Shown here one piece after another: positions 1 to 9,578 of a stretch of 64,000 nucleotides of DNA. Location of the stretch: NCBI GenBank assembly GCA_046075665.1, contig JBJTQN010000371.1, forward strand, positions 3,244 through 67,243, in the 5' to 3' direction. The stretch comes from Armatimonadota bacterium (GTDB lineage: Bacteria > Armatimonadota > Armatimonadia > Armatimonadales > Armatimonadaceae). Below the pieces are notes generated by a model that did not search any database, was not told the DNA's origin, and was given only the letters and a program-made list of their open reading frames with translations. The translations under genes and the position numbers were made by a program. How positions within the stretch are numbered: the stretch's first letter is position 1; each line of letters starts with the position of its first letter.

Positions 1-1045
1 AGAGGGCTATATGTTGTCCATATTCCCGTTCGGTCAGGAATGCATCCTCTAAGATGGACGTGGTGATTGACTGAATGTAGTTCATTAGTCGGTGGGCACC
101 AAATCGATACTGTCCAGTACGAGTTTTAGCTGCAACCAATTCCAATGCGAACATCCTGAACGCTGCAGTACTGTTCCATCCTCCATTAGGACCGAATGGA
201 TTGATACATCCATCCGGTGTAATCTCTGCTAGAAGACGGTTCCACAATCGCTGCATGCCAGGATCTGTCACAGCCCTGTCATCACCCAGATATTCCTCGC
301 CGCAAGTCAGAAGCATGAAAATGGGTCCTGGAAAGTAACCGGTATCATTTTGTTGGACTTCTTTGTGCCTCCAGAAGTCATCAAATCCCAGCTTTGCATA
401 TCGTTTCCAGTGTTCAGCTTCGGGAATGTCTGGATACCACTTCGCGGCTAACCCTTTCGAAATCGCTTCAGGCATGGCCCGATGGCATCCTCCCCGCCAC
501 TCTGTCGGTTTGCTTCCCCAGACGTGTAGGTTGCGACAGTAGTCCAGCCAAAGTGACTTAAACCAACTGTCTTCGGGCTTGAGGAGCCCGCCTTGGATAA
601 GGTGCTTTCGGTAAAGGGGAATGAACGCTGGTTCTTCAATAAACTGCTCTGTCCATCCTTGCTTGTTAATGGAGGCAAGTGTGGCCCGATGCCAGGATTT
701 GAGCATTTCGATGATTGCCACACCGTATCGTTGCTCGCCTGTTTTCAAGTACCGTACAAGGACCGGGAGGTATCTTTGTGGACCTCCTTCGCCCAAGTCC
801 GGCAGATCTGCCAACTGATAAAGACCTGCTTTTTCCAGCCAATTTTCGTATGTGACCCTGTTGACCGTTTTATGTTCGATCTTGTAAAAATGTGGATTCT
901 TGACAATACTTTCAGAGTAATCTCCAAATCGGAAGCGCGTTACTGGAGTGCTGAAAATCGGAATTTGTGGTCCCTGCCCAGATGGTGTTGGTTTGGTACA
1001 TCCCTTTGATTTACCAATGGTGTAAGTCGAATGTGCATTAGTCAT
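1..1045 (-). CDS. Partial CDS with its C-terminus off the window edge. Hypothetical protein, possibly a polysaccharide-lyase / heparinase II/III-like alpha-toroid protein (weak).
   Basis: My own translation from the ATG at 1043-1045 (MTNAHSTYTIGKSKG...) stays open to base 1, about 348 codons. It is missing from the supplied ORF track because no stop lies inside the window. The product guess rests on general sequence character only. Confidence 0.6.
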   Translation of the reverse strand, partial: MTNAHSTYTIGKSKGCTKPTPSGQGPQIPIFSTPVTRFRFGDYSESIVKNPHFYKIEHKTVNRVTYENWLEKAGLYQLADLPDLGEGGPQRYLPVLVRYLKTGEQRYGVAIIEMLKSWHRATLASINKQGWTEQFIEEPAFIPLYRKHLIQGGLLKPEDSWFKSLWLDYCRNLHVWGSKPTEWRGGCHRAMPEAISKGLAAKWYPDIPEAEHWKRYAKLGFDDFWRHKEVQQNDTGYFPGPIFMLLTCGEEYLGDDRAVTDPGMQRLWNRLLAEITPDGCINPFGPNGGWNSTAAFRMFALELVAAKTRTGQYRFGAHRLMNYIQSITTSILEDAFLTEREYGQHIAL

Positions 1046-1141
1046 GGAGATTCTCGAAGAAAGCGAATTTCTACCTGTATAAAATCGAGTTAGTAGGCCA
1101 AAACGACAAATCAAACGTGCGTTAGGGAGCAGTTAGAGACG

Positions 1142-1837
1142 TTACTCAAGGAGTTTATGAGCATCTTTACATATTTTTGCCAGCATCATCTTTAGGTGAG
1201 ACAGTTTCATATTGAGTATTGGGTCAGTGGTTACCCGTGCTCTAATGTAAGCCTTATGGGTGATGCTGAATGCAAACAGCTCGGCTTTGTCTTCTTCGAC
1301 TCCGGTGGTGGCGTAGTGGGTTAGAAACCCCGGGATGCTATCGGTCAGGGCTCCTGTACTGCGTGTTGTCTGTGCATTGACGCCACCTGTTCCATAGCGA
1401 AACCCAGTCGGGTTGAGTGCTGACCAGGTATCGTCTTTGTAGACATCACCATCATCCGCGTGGTCGATGAGGTGAAAGAACTCGTGGTGCAGGACGTGTT
1501 CGGGATAGCCCGGGGATTTGGCTCCCCGCTGTGTGTCGATATAGAGGGTGTTGTGTTCCCAATCCGGGATAGCGGCGCGAAGCTGCCCTGCATAGGCAAG
1601 CTTTGTGCACAGCACAATTTTCTCGCAGCCAGCGCGCTTGAAGAGTGCTGATGGATATGCGTTGAACTCCCGCTGAATTCTCACGGCAGCGTCCAAGGCA
1701 TCATCAAATGAACTTGGTTCACACGTGATAACGCCACCACCCACCTGAACCACGACCGATGATTTCAGCTCCACACAAGGTGGTTTGGTAAACATCGGCT
1801 GGAGGAGTCCGAGGCAGGTGATGGCGATAAACATCAC
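1142..1837 (-). CDS. Secreted HExxH zinc-metallopeptidase-like protein
   Basis: Hydrophobic N-terminus (MMFIAITCLGLLQPMF) and an HHEFFHLIDH motif containing HExxH. Co-directional with, and 16 nt downstream of, the DUF1552 gene. Confidence 0.6.
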   Translation of the reverse strand: MMFIAITCLGLLQPMFTKPPCVELKSSVVVQVGGGVITCEPSSFDDALDAAVRIQREFNAYPSALFKRAGCEKIVLCTKLAYAGQLRAAIPDWEHNTLYIDTQRGAKSPGYPEHVLHHEFFHLIDHADDGDVYKDDTWSALNPTGFRYGTGGVNAQTTRSTGALTDSIPGFLTHYATTGVEEDKAELFAFSITHKAYIRARVTTDPILNMKLSHLKMMLAKICKDAHKLLE

Positions 1838-1852
1838 GGTTGTTGATATAGC

Positions 1853-3193
1853 TTAGAACGCTGCGAGGCGTGTTGTTGCATCTCCGAAGCGGTCAAGTTT
1901 GACGCCCATTCTGTCCATCAGGCCCAGATAAAGGCTACAGATTTTGCGGTTCTCGTCACCCTTGTCACGGTAGTTGATGACGCGACCGGTTTTGAGTGTG
2001 CCTCCCAAACCACCAATCGTAAGGACTGGTAGGTGGTTGTTATCGTGCATCGAACCTGAGTACATGTTGGACAACCAGAGGAGGCAGCAGTTATCGAGGA
2101 CGGTGCCTGTACCTTCCGGCATCGCATCCAGCTTGCCAGCGAGGTAAGCGAGCTGGGTGATGTAGTGTCGGGTGATGCGCTCATAGCCTGCAGAGTTGTC
2201 ATCATGGGATGCGATGTGGTGGCCATCATTGACATTAAGGAATGGGTAGAACAGTCCTGAGAGGTCACGGCACATCAGCATGGATGCGATGCGTGTCTTG
2301 TCGGTCTGAATAGCGAGAGCGACGATGTCGCACATCAACTTCATGTGGTCGCGAAGGTCTTCAGGAAGGCCATCATCGGGGCGCTTCATCGCCACCAGTG
2401 GCTTGTTCTTGTTCTTTGCGTTGTCTGATGCCTTCATCATTTCGCCACGCATTTTCGATGCCCGCTTTTCGACTTCCCGCACACTGGTCAGGTATTCATC
2501 GAGCTTAGCGCGGTCTTCTCGGCTGACTTTATTGCGTAGCGCCGCAGCATCATCCCGGACGCGGTCGAGAACGCTGGTCATGCGTTGGCTGCCATTGTTG
2601 TCGAAGAGGCTGTCAAACGCCTGAGATGGATAGACTTCGCTCGGAACCGGCGATTCGGAGTTCAGCCAGGAGATGTAGGAGCTATAGGCCATCGAGAAGT
2701 TGGACTCGTGATAGCCGGTGAGTGGCTTTTCGCAAGCGAGCACCAGACTTGGCTGGATGGTGTCATTTCCGAGGCGGGCAGCGAGGACCTGATCGACGCT
2801 GATGCCGCCATGAAGCACAGCTCCACGGGTGAGGGGCATTCCGGAGAGGATGTTACCGGTCATTCCGGGGTGGATACCTACGCCGACGGATGGCCGGTTG
2901 AAGAGTCCACTGATGACATTGAGTTTTTCGCGGAATGGCTCAAGCGGCTGAAGGCTTTTAGAGAGCTCCATCGTGGCGCCTTCGCCTTTGGCTCCCCAGT
3001 TGTTCGGGCTGATACCGGTTCCCATGAACTGAACCACAAAGCGCTTAGGCGGGGTGTTTGGTTTCTTGGCAGCATCATCGGTTGCACCCCAGACGGGCAT
3101 GCTTTCAAGCCATGGGAGTGCCATCGCGACGCCGGTTCCGTGAAGGAAGACTCGGCGTGAGAGGTGGTGTTGGATGCGTTGTTCGTTCGTCAT
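1853..3193 (-). CDS. DUF1552 domain protein with a Tat-type signal
   Basis: N-terminus RRVFLHGTGVAMALPWLESM resembles a twin-arginine signal. Length and sequence are typical of DUF1552 proteins, which pair with DUF1592-family proteins. The start lies 5 nt after the upstream gene's stop. Confidence 0.75.
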   Translation of the reverse strand: MTNEQRIQHHLSRRVFLHGTGVAMALPWLESMPVWGATDDAAKKPNTPPKRFVVQFMGTGISPNNWGAKGEGATMELSKSLQPLEPFREKLNVISGLFNRPSVGVGIHPGMTGNILSGMPLTRGAVLHGGISVDQVLAARLGNDTIQPSLVLACEKPLTGYHESNFSMAYSSYISWLNSESPVPSEVYPSQAFDSLFDNNGSQRMTSVLDRVRDDAAALRNKVSREDRAKLDEYLTSVREVEKRASKMRGEMMKASDNAKNKNKPLVAMKRPDDGLPEDLRDHMKLMCDIVALAIQTDKTRIASMLMCRDLSGLFYPFLNVNDGHHIASHDDNSAGYERITRHYITQLAYLAGKLDAMPEGTGTVLDNCCLLWLSNMYSGSMHDNNHLPVLTIGGLGGTLKTGRVINYRDKGDENRKICSLYLGLMDRMGVKLDRFGDATTRLAAF

Positions 3194-3197
3194 CGGG

Positions 3198-6100
3198 TTA
3201 TTCCTTACTGGCTACGTTTGTTGCGGTGCTTGCGCGTCGATAGCGGAACTGTCTGCTTGTAACGATGGCTTCTATCATAGATCCGATTTTGTAATCGGTT
3301 GTTCGGAGGCGGGTCTGGATATTTGCGAGGAGGTTGTCATCGGATGGTTGGAGTGTCCTGCCAAGGGCATATGTTGTGAGTTTGCGTCCGAAGGTATCCA
3401 GGAAGTCTTGTTGGCGCTTGCCTTTGATGTATTCCTGGAGGCCGGCGACACCTGACTTTTCGATGCCACCTGGGAATGGTGCTGCGGTGTCAACAGGTTT
3501 TCCACCTTGGTCGAACTTACGTAGCTCACCGATTGGGCCAAACCCTTCGAAGACAAGTCCGTAGGAGTCAAAGCGCGCGTGGCATCCGGAGCAGGCAGGG
3601 TTATCCCGGTGTTGGGACAGTGCCTGTCGGAGAGTTCTGTCACCGAGGGCTTTTTCATCCTTTGGTAGCTCAGGGACAACAGCCGGTGGTGGTGGGATGT
3701 ATTCGCCGAGCACACGTTTTACGACCCAATAGCCACGTCGTACGGGGCTGGTTCGGAGTCCGGATGCGTTCTTTGTGAGAAAGGTTGCCATCGTCAGGAT
3801 GCCACCACGGTTCCAGCGCTGTGCATCATCGATGCGTACCCATTGATTAGGGTCATTGAGATTTTGGCCATTCAGCTTGATGTCATCCATCCCGTAGTGC
3901 TTTGCAAGCGGTCCATTGACGAATGTGTGCTTACCGTAGAGCCAGTCCAGGACGGAGTTATTGGATTGCAGGCCATCCATAATGAAGCGCACGGGTTCAT
4001 CAAACATCGCCTGACGAAGATTGTCATCAAAAGATGGGAAGCGTTCGCGGTCGACTGCACTGTGTTCTTCAAAGCGTCGGATATCGAGCCAGTTACCACC
4101 GAATTCAACGGCGAGTGCCTTAATACGCGGATCCTTGACCATCCTTTTAGTTTGTGCCGCAAGGACTGCTGGTTCATGCAACTTTCCAGCGGCAGCAAGC
4201 TTCATCAGCTCTGCATCGGGCATCGACGACCAGAGGAAGTAGCTCAGCTTGCTTGCCAACGCATAGTCCGTGAGTGGCTTTTGTGATTGCTTTGGAGCGT
4301 ATTTGAGTTGTTGGCTGATATTCGATGCCAGAGTAAACGCATTGTTGCCAAGGGCAATGGTTTCAAGGTCGGCATCAAGGTCAACACGATACAGGAAGTT
4401 TGGTGACAGCAGAATTCGGATGATCGAGTCTCTGATGGCATCTTCATGTGAGAGGCCATCTTTGGCTGTCAGTGATGCATATGTTGTTTGAAGGTCTTTG
4501 ACTTCTGCTGCGGTCAGTGGGCGTCGCCAAGCTTTGGCTGCAAAGTCAATCAGAGCTTTGCGATGAAGAGGCTCGGCATCCTTGCGTGCCTGATCTTCGC
4601 GTTCGATGGCTGCTGTGGAGCGATCAAAGTAAGCAGCATAGGCAGCGAGGGTTTCCGGTGTTGCATTCTTGCGCTTGGCTTTGGCAAGATAGAGCTCTTT
4701 AAACTTGACTATACTCGCGGAGCTTGCGCATTTGCGGTCTTCGGATTTCGCAAAGTTGAATTCAGCATCCCGGGTTACGAGGATAGTCTGTGCTTCGTTA
4801 CGCTCATAAAAGATGCCTTGTAGGTACATCCGCTCATTGAACTCAGCAACGACTTCAAAGTCTTTCCAGAGTGTGTCAAGTGTTTTCTTTGCAGCATCAT
4901 CCAGAACGAGGTCTACGAGCGGTGCATCATCCCGGAAGTAACTTGTTGCATTGTGTGTACCTCCGGTGAGGAAGCGTCCGGAGCGCTCGTACTGGGCATC
5001 GTATTCCATGAGACCGCGTTCATCGATATAGAACGTATCCGGGAAGATAGAGGCAAATTTGGTAAACGAGGCGATGTACGGTGCGCGTGCGGCTTCATCC
5101 CGTGGGATTCCGGCATCGTCATTGCTACCGATGAGCAGTCGTCCAGTATCGAACTTCCGGCGTGTCGATGCGTACAAGTGATCTTTCCAGAGCACATTTG
5201 TATAGCTGCCAGCGGTGAACTCTCCTGGGACATTCAGGTTTGGATGTCGGTAGGCGATATGTCTTCGGAGATTGCGAATCCAGTTTGCGGTTTCACGGAA
5301 TCGGTTTTTAGGAGCATCTTGCCCGGCATTTGTCGGTGCCGGTATTGCATCCATGGTTGCCTGTAGTTTTGCGACCGGTCCAACGGTGATGGATTTATCA
5401 TTAGTAAGTTCGACCACAGTCTTCAGGTACTTTGCGCTGATGCCGGCATCTTTTGCGATGGTGTCCAGCGTGGCTGCGGGAGTTCCAAGGGCGCTCCGGT
5501 GCTTGTAGCGCCATGCACCTTCGAGGTAGGTTGCGATGTCGGTTGGTTGCTTGCGGTAGAAGTCAACGATCCGAAGGACGGAGAATTTATCGCGGTCAGG
5601 CTCTGACATCACCGGGTGGTTTGCGAATGCGAATCCTCCGGATGTCAAGACGAGGTGTTCAGCAACGGAGCGTGCGGCTTCGTAGTACTTTTTCGCGAGT
5701 GCGGGTGAGATGGTGAGGGATTCGCCTGAGTTATCAAAGCCTTCCCGATTGGCAGGGTCAACAGGGAATGCCTTTGTGGGTTTGATATCCACACCCGTGA
5801 GGTCACGGATGGTGTTGTCGTATTCGGAGTTACTCAGGCGGCGTGCGAGAACGATGCCTGGATCACCTGCAGTTCGGTTTGCCTCGTATGTGCGAACATC
5901 TGTAATCCACTTCACGACGGCTTGTCGCTCGGCTGGTTTGGGTTGCTTAGCGCCGGCGGGAGGCATTTCGACATCAGCTACGCGTTGCTTTGTCATCGTC
6001 CAGTGCGGGATATCTGCGAGCACGGTTGCGATGTCGGTAAACCGCGTCAGGTTGAGCTGTGCCTGTGGTTTGGTGGCTCCATGGCAGTTATTGCAGTAAT

Positions 6101-6278
6101 TGGCGAGAAAAGGCTTTACAGTTGTTTTGAACTGTTTTGCTAGCTCAGTCCTCGTGGGTGCGGGTTTGGCCGCTGGCGCGACGGGGGCTGCACCTGCGAT
6201 GAGGTGCATGATGGGTACGGTCAGTGTTGCTGTAAGTGCGATCAGTCCCCGGAAGCGGTGTGTCAGCATATGGTCCAT
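3198..6278 (-). CDS. DUF1592/DUF1588/DUF1587/DUF1585/DUF1595-family (PSD) protein with a cytochrome c heme-binding motif
   Basis: 1026 aa with an N-terminal signal/TM segment and a CNNCHG (CxxCH) motif near the N-terminus. A second CSGCH motif lies near the C-terminus. This is the usual partner of DUF1552. Confidence 0.75.
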   Translation of the reverse strand: MDHMLTHRFRGLIALTATLTVPIMHLIAGAAPVAPAAKPAPTRTELAKQFKTTVKPFLANYCNNCHGATKPQAQLNLTRFTDIATVLADIPHWTMTKQRVADVEMPPAGAKQPKPAERQAVVKWITDVRTYEANRTAGDPGIVLARRLSNSEYDNTIRDLTGVDIKPTKAFPVDPANREGFDNSGESLTISPALAKKYYEAARSVAEHLVLTSGGFAFANHPVMSEPDRDKFSVLRIVDFYRKQPTDIATYLEGAWRYKHRSALGTPAATLDTIAKDAGISAKYLKTVVELTNDKSITVGPVAKLQATMDAIPAPTNAGQDAPKNRFRETANWIRNLRRHIAYRHPNLNVPGEFTAGSYTNVLWKDHLYASTRRKFDTGRLLIGSNDDAGIPRDEAARAPYIASFTKFASIFPDTFYIDERGLMEYDAQYERSGRFLTGGTHNATSYFRDDAPLVDLVLDDAAKKTLDTLWKDFEVVAEFNERMYLQGIFYERNEAQTILVTRDAEFNFAKSEDRKCASSASIVKFKELYLAKAKRKNATPETLAAYAAYFDRSTAAIEREDQARKDAEPLHRKALIDFAAKAWRRPLTAAEVKDLQTTYASLTAKDGLSHEDAIRDSIIRILLSPNFLYRVDLDADLETIALGNNAFTLASNISQQLKYAPKQSQKPLTDYALASKLSYFLWSSMPDAELMKLAAAGKLHEPAVLAAQTKRMVKDPRIKALAVEFGGNWLDIRRFEEHSAVDRERFPSFDDNLRQAMFDEPVRFIMDGLQSNNSVLDWLYGKHTFVNGPLAKHYGMDDIKLNGQNLNDPNQWVRIDDAQRWNRGGILTMATFLTKNASGLRTSPVRRGYWVVKRVLGEYIPPPPAVVPELPKDEKALGDRTLRQALSQHRDNPACSGCHARFDSYGLVFEGFGPIGELRKFDQGGKPVDTAAPFPGGIEKSGVAGLQEYIKGKRQQDFLDTFGRKLTTYALGRTLQPSDDNLLANIQTRLRTTDYKIGSMIEAIVTSRQFRYRRASTATNVASKE

Positions 6279-6404
6279 TTTCTCAGCATTGGTGAAGTCC
6301 CCGCTTATCCAAAGATGTCGAGGTTCCGAATCTTAGCACGGTGGTTTGTAATGTGTCTACCGCTACTGAAGATATGGAACCTTAGAGGCCGGTAAATGTT
6401 CAAT

Positions 6405-6989
6405 TCACGTCTTGAAATCGCCGGTATTCATCATCCGTACAAAGATGCGGACAACCTTTTGTGCATCGGCGAGGGCATCGTGTGCGATCACGAATTCACA
6501 ATTTGGGAAGTAGTGTTTTGCGAGGCGTGCCAGGTTGGGTCTGCGATAGCCATCCATACCGGGAATCTTCATGATTTCGCGTCCAAGCTCCATGGTGCAG
6601 ACGTGTTGTTTACCATTTGCAGCATTCGGGATGTTGTAGCGTTCGTATTCGCCGGCAAGGACGCCTGTGTCGAAGGCAATATTATGGGCGATGATGTGGG
6701 TGCAATCGGCTATTGCTGTTTCAAAGGATGCCAGAACATCCCGTATAGGTTCTCCAAGAAGGAAGGCATCTGTTGTCGTGATGCCATGGATTTTAACGAC
6801 ATCATCCGGGATTGTCCACTGATCGGGCTGGATGATGAAGGATGCATGTGAGATTTCCTCCAACTGCTCATTAAGGATGATCCAGGCGAGTTGTACGAGG
6901 CGTGGGTAGACGAGTTTTGTCCCTGTCGGTGTTTCGATGGGTGTAGGCAGGCCTGTGGTCTCCGTATCAAACACACAAAATCGCATCAT
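6405..6989 (-). CDS. DnaQ-like DEDDh 3'-5' exonuclease (standalone)
   Basis: Exo I motif FDTETTGL at the N-terminus, IAHNIAFD (Exo II) and HDALADA (Exo III, H-x4-D). Confidence 0.75.
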   Translation of the reverse strand: MMRFCVFDTETTGLPTPIETPTGTKLVYPRLVQLAWIILNEQLEEISHASFIIQPDQWTIPDDVVKIHGITTTDAFLLGEPIRDVLASFETAIADCTHIIAHNIAFDTGVLAGEYERYNIPNAANGKQHVCTMELGREIMKIPGMDGYRRPNLARLAKHYFPNCEFVIAHDALADAQKVVRIFVRMMNTGDFKT

Positions 6990-7053
6990 GCCTCCAGCCT
7001 GGGTTACCTGTCTGAAGGCATTCTACGATAATGTCGGCTGCGTTTATTGTCGA

Positions 7054-8178
7054 TTAAGCTGCACGCTGGACGGTTTCTTCGACATCCACATTTGTTGGCT
7101 GGTTGCTCGAAACGGCGAATGTCGCGGCGTCATTCGTAGCAGTGGTGATGCCATCCGGTTTTCCGCCATCCACGACGGTGAGCACTGGATTCTGAGCAGT
7201 CGCAAAGGATGGATTGCTGGCAACTCCGAATGTCGGCATCGGAACGATGCTTCCGCTGGTTGCAAGGTTTGGCTGGAACATAGCGGTAGTGGCATCAAAG
7301 TCGTGACGCATCGCCGCACCGATTCCACTCATGAAGCCTTTGATTGCCTGCAGTCCCTGTAGCTTACCCTTCATCAGGTTGTGGAAGAGAGGCGCTGCAG
7401 CGTAGCAGGCGAACTCATGCAACATGCAGGGAATGTCATTGTAATGCCCGGCGCGGATGAGCTTTGTGTGCATCGCTGCGATCCCGTGAAATGCATTTCG
7501 CATAAGGCGTGCGCCTTGTTTGTGTGTGCGGAATCCGTAGTGGATAACAGCAGTTTTAGGTGTTTCCTGAACGGTATGTCCAGCAACGATGCAGCGGACG
7601 GTGAGGTCATAATCGATACAGGCTCTAAAGTCTCCACCAGGTCCCATTTCCGGGTCAAAGCCACCGAGTGCCATAACGGGTGTGCGGCGAATGGCGCAGT
7701 TCGCACCGATGCCCCGTGTGTTTCGGCGTTCCCAGAGGGAGTTGATCACCCGATCCTGTCCGCATTCGTAAACTGGGATGAAACCTTCGGATGCATCGAA
7801 TTCGGCAGCCAACACATCCCCATAAATCAGGACGGTGTTCTCATCTTTTGCAAAGCGCTTTGTGTAGGGGGTAATCCAGTTATCGCAAACTTCTGTGTCG
7901 TCATCCGTGAGGATGACGATTTCACTATTCATTTGTGCGAGAGCCAGGTTGAGTGCTTTTCCTTTACCCTTGGATGAAACGCGCATATAGCTGATGAAAG
8001 GATCTTGGAGGTAAGGCATGATCGCCATATAGGTGTCATCATTGGCGCTTTGATCAACGATTACCAGCTCATCCAGCTGTCCCCGCAGACGCTTTATCGA
8101 CTCGATGGTCATCACGATGGATGGACCACGATCAGCAGTAGCAATGAGAGCCGCAACACCAGTTTTGTTAGTAGACAT
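7054..8178 (-). CDS. Glycosyltransferase family 2
   Basis: GT-A features: VAALIATADRG..., IVDQSANDDT, ILTDDD (DxD). I chose the internal ATG at 8176-8178 (MSTNKTG...) because the 58-codon upstream extension overlaps the neighbouring gene and is not protein-like. Confidence 0.7.
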   Translation of the reverse strand: MSTNKTGVAALIATADRGPSIVMTIESIKRLRGQLDELVIVDQSANDDTYMAIMPYLQDPFISYMRVSSKGKGKALNLALAQMNSEIVILTDDDTEVCDNWITPYTKRFAKDENTVLIYGDVLAAEFDASEGFIPVYECGQDRVINSLWERRNTRGIGANCAIRRTPVMALGGFDPEMGPGGDFRACIDYDLTVRCIVAGHTVQETPKTAVIHYGFRTHKQGARLMRNAFHGIAAMHTKLIRAGHYNDIPCMLHEFACYAAAPLFHNLMKGKLQGLQAIKGFMSGIGAAMRHDFDATTAMFQPNLATSGSIVPMPTFGVASNPSFATAQNPVLTVVDGGKPDGITTATNDAATFAVSSNQPTNVDVEETVQRAA

Positions 8179-8285
8179 CAGAACCTCAACCCAAACGTAG
8201 TGATGTCTGCAGGTGCAACTACTGTGCCATTGGTGCGTCAAATACTTGAAAAAGGGTGTGAAGCATATTTCAGAAGGATTTCTGC

Positions 8286-8747
8286 TTACGTAGTTTTGAT
8301 CAACTCGAAACGTACACCAACCATTCCTTCTTCTCCGGGAGGAATCACCCACATCACGATTTCCATTTCGGTTGCTTTCGCATCAATCTGGATATCCCAT
8401 CCCCAATCTGGACCATCCGGCGCTGGAAATGTGCCCGATAGCATTAAAATTGATTCTTTGGTCGCCCTACCGGATAGCTGCATCACTGCGTTGTCATTGT
8501 GCCAGCTGTCAATCCACCAACCCTGCGCCGTCTCTGCATCATCGGATAAGGAGAAGCCAAGCTCTCCCTGCTGTGGTTGTCCGGATGCCGTCCAGTCATA
8601 CGATAGGACTATGAACTTTCCACGCGCAGCAAGTCGTGCATCCAGCCATACATCTGATGTAATGACATCCGCACCTGGGCCAGGCCAGACAGTCTTTGTC
8701 CCCTTCCATCCTCCTGCAGATTCCGTAAATGCAGCTGTCAAGGCCAT
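8286..8747 (-). CDS. DUF1579-like protein
   Basis: 153 aa. The WIDSWH...MQLSG block resembles DUF1579, judged from memory. Confidence 0.5.
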   Translation of the reverse strand: MALTAAFTESAGGWKGTKTVWPGPGADVITSDVWLDARLAARGKFIVLSYDWTASGQPQQGELGFSLSDDAETAQGWWIDSWHNDNAVMQLSGRATKESILMLSGTFPAPDGPDWGWDIQIDAKATEMEIVMWVIPPGEEGMVGVRFELIKTT

Positions 8748-8772
8748 TTCTTAATCCATTCCGATGCGTGGT

Positions 8773-8788
8773 TGTTTCACGTGAAACA
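8773..8788. promoter_or_regulatory. parS: parS site (ParB-binding centromere)
   Basis: Exact TGTTTCACGTGAAACA, the canonical 16-bp parS palindrome, in the divergent intergenic region between 8747 and 8852. Confidence 0.85.
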
Positions 8789-8851
8789 TTTTGCTCTTGC
8801 ATCCCCAACCATTGATAGCATACGAGGGTGCAGCTCTACAAGCGATTGGCG

Positions 8852-9529
8852 ATGGATCAGGGGACTGGTAAGTGGTTACAGTGGCGTCACTGTGGGGTGA
8901 CAGCAACAGAAATTGCAAAGGCGGTCGGCGGCTCACAGGGATGGCTGAGTGTCCGTAATGACAAGCTCGCTGCGATACCAGCAGATGCCGGGCAGCCTTT
9001 TACGCTTGGGCGAGGGGGTGACAGTGCGATGCAGCTTGGTCACATTTTGGAACCCATCGCCCGTGCAGCATATGAGAGAGCCCATGGGGTTTTGTTGGAA
9101 CCTGCGTGTATCGAGTCGCTGACCCACCCCCACCGTCGTGCATCCCTGGATGGCTTGTCGTCCTGTGGGATGCATGCGGTGGAGATTAAGTGTGGTGCCA
9201 GCATGGTTCGCTCATGGCGAGATAAACGACTTGTGCAGTCATCTATTCGGAGGCAAATTCAGTATCAGCTGGCGCTTCTTGGGCTGGACTCGCTGACATT
9301 GGTGCTTTATCACACGATGCCAACGGAGACTGCAGAGCTGCAGCAGGTGATACGGATGATGGATTATTGCGGGATACGCCAGCCAGATTGGCAGGGTGGG
9401 CCATTTTTTATAGAAATCGAGCGTGATCCTGTTGTGAGTGAGCATTTGCTCGGACAGGCAGATCGCCTGTGGGATGAAATCACCCGTGTGAAAATGGGTG
9501 CACAGCCAACCTTGTTTGACTTACCGTAG
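8852..9529 (+). CDS. YqaJ-like (lambda-exonuclease fold, PD-(D/E)xK) recombination exonuclease
   Basis: N-terminus MDQGTGKWLQWRHCGVTATEIAKAVG matches the YqaJ N-terminal pattern. SLDGL...VEIKC fits a D...ExK nuclease motif. ATG at 8852 is preferred over GTG at 8828. Confidence 0.6.
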   Translation: MDQGTGKWLQWRHCGVTATEIAKAVGGSQGWLSVRNDKLAAIPADAGQPFTLGRGGDSAMQLGHILEPIARAAYERAHGVLLEPACIESLTHPHRRASLDGLSSCGMHAVEIKCGASMVRSWRDKRLVQSSIRRQIQYQLALLGLDSLTLVLYHTMPTETAELQQVIRMMDYCGIRQPDWQGGPFFIEIERDPVVSEHLLGQADRLWDEITRVKMGAQPTLFDLP

Positions 9530-9540
9530 ACAAAGAAAAA

Positions 9541-9576
9541 CCCCGGCGCATTCGCGCCGGGGTTGTCGTTTATTTT
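9541..9576. terminator. Intrinsic terminator between convergent genes
   Basis: CCCCGGCGC-ATTC-GCGCCGGGG hairpin at 9541-9562. It is preceded by an A-run and followed by TTGTCGTTTATTTTT. Confidence 0.8.
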
Positions 9577-9578
9577 TG

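Noticed and set aside
7054-8352. N-terminal extensions implied by the longest-ORF coordinates of several genes: 7054-8352, 26351-27448, 31779-33008, 37989-39047, 40026-42161, 47799-48773 and 61871-63898.
   Set aside because: The extensions overlap neighbouring genes or are Cys/Arg-rich nonsense. In each case an internal ATG lines up with the conserved family N-terminus, and rho also has an upstream GGAG.
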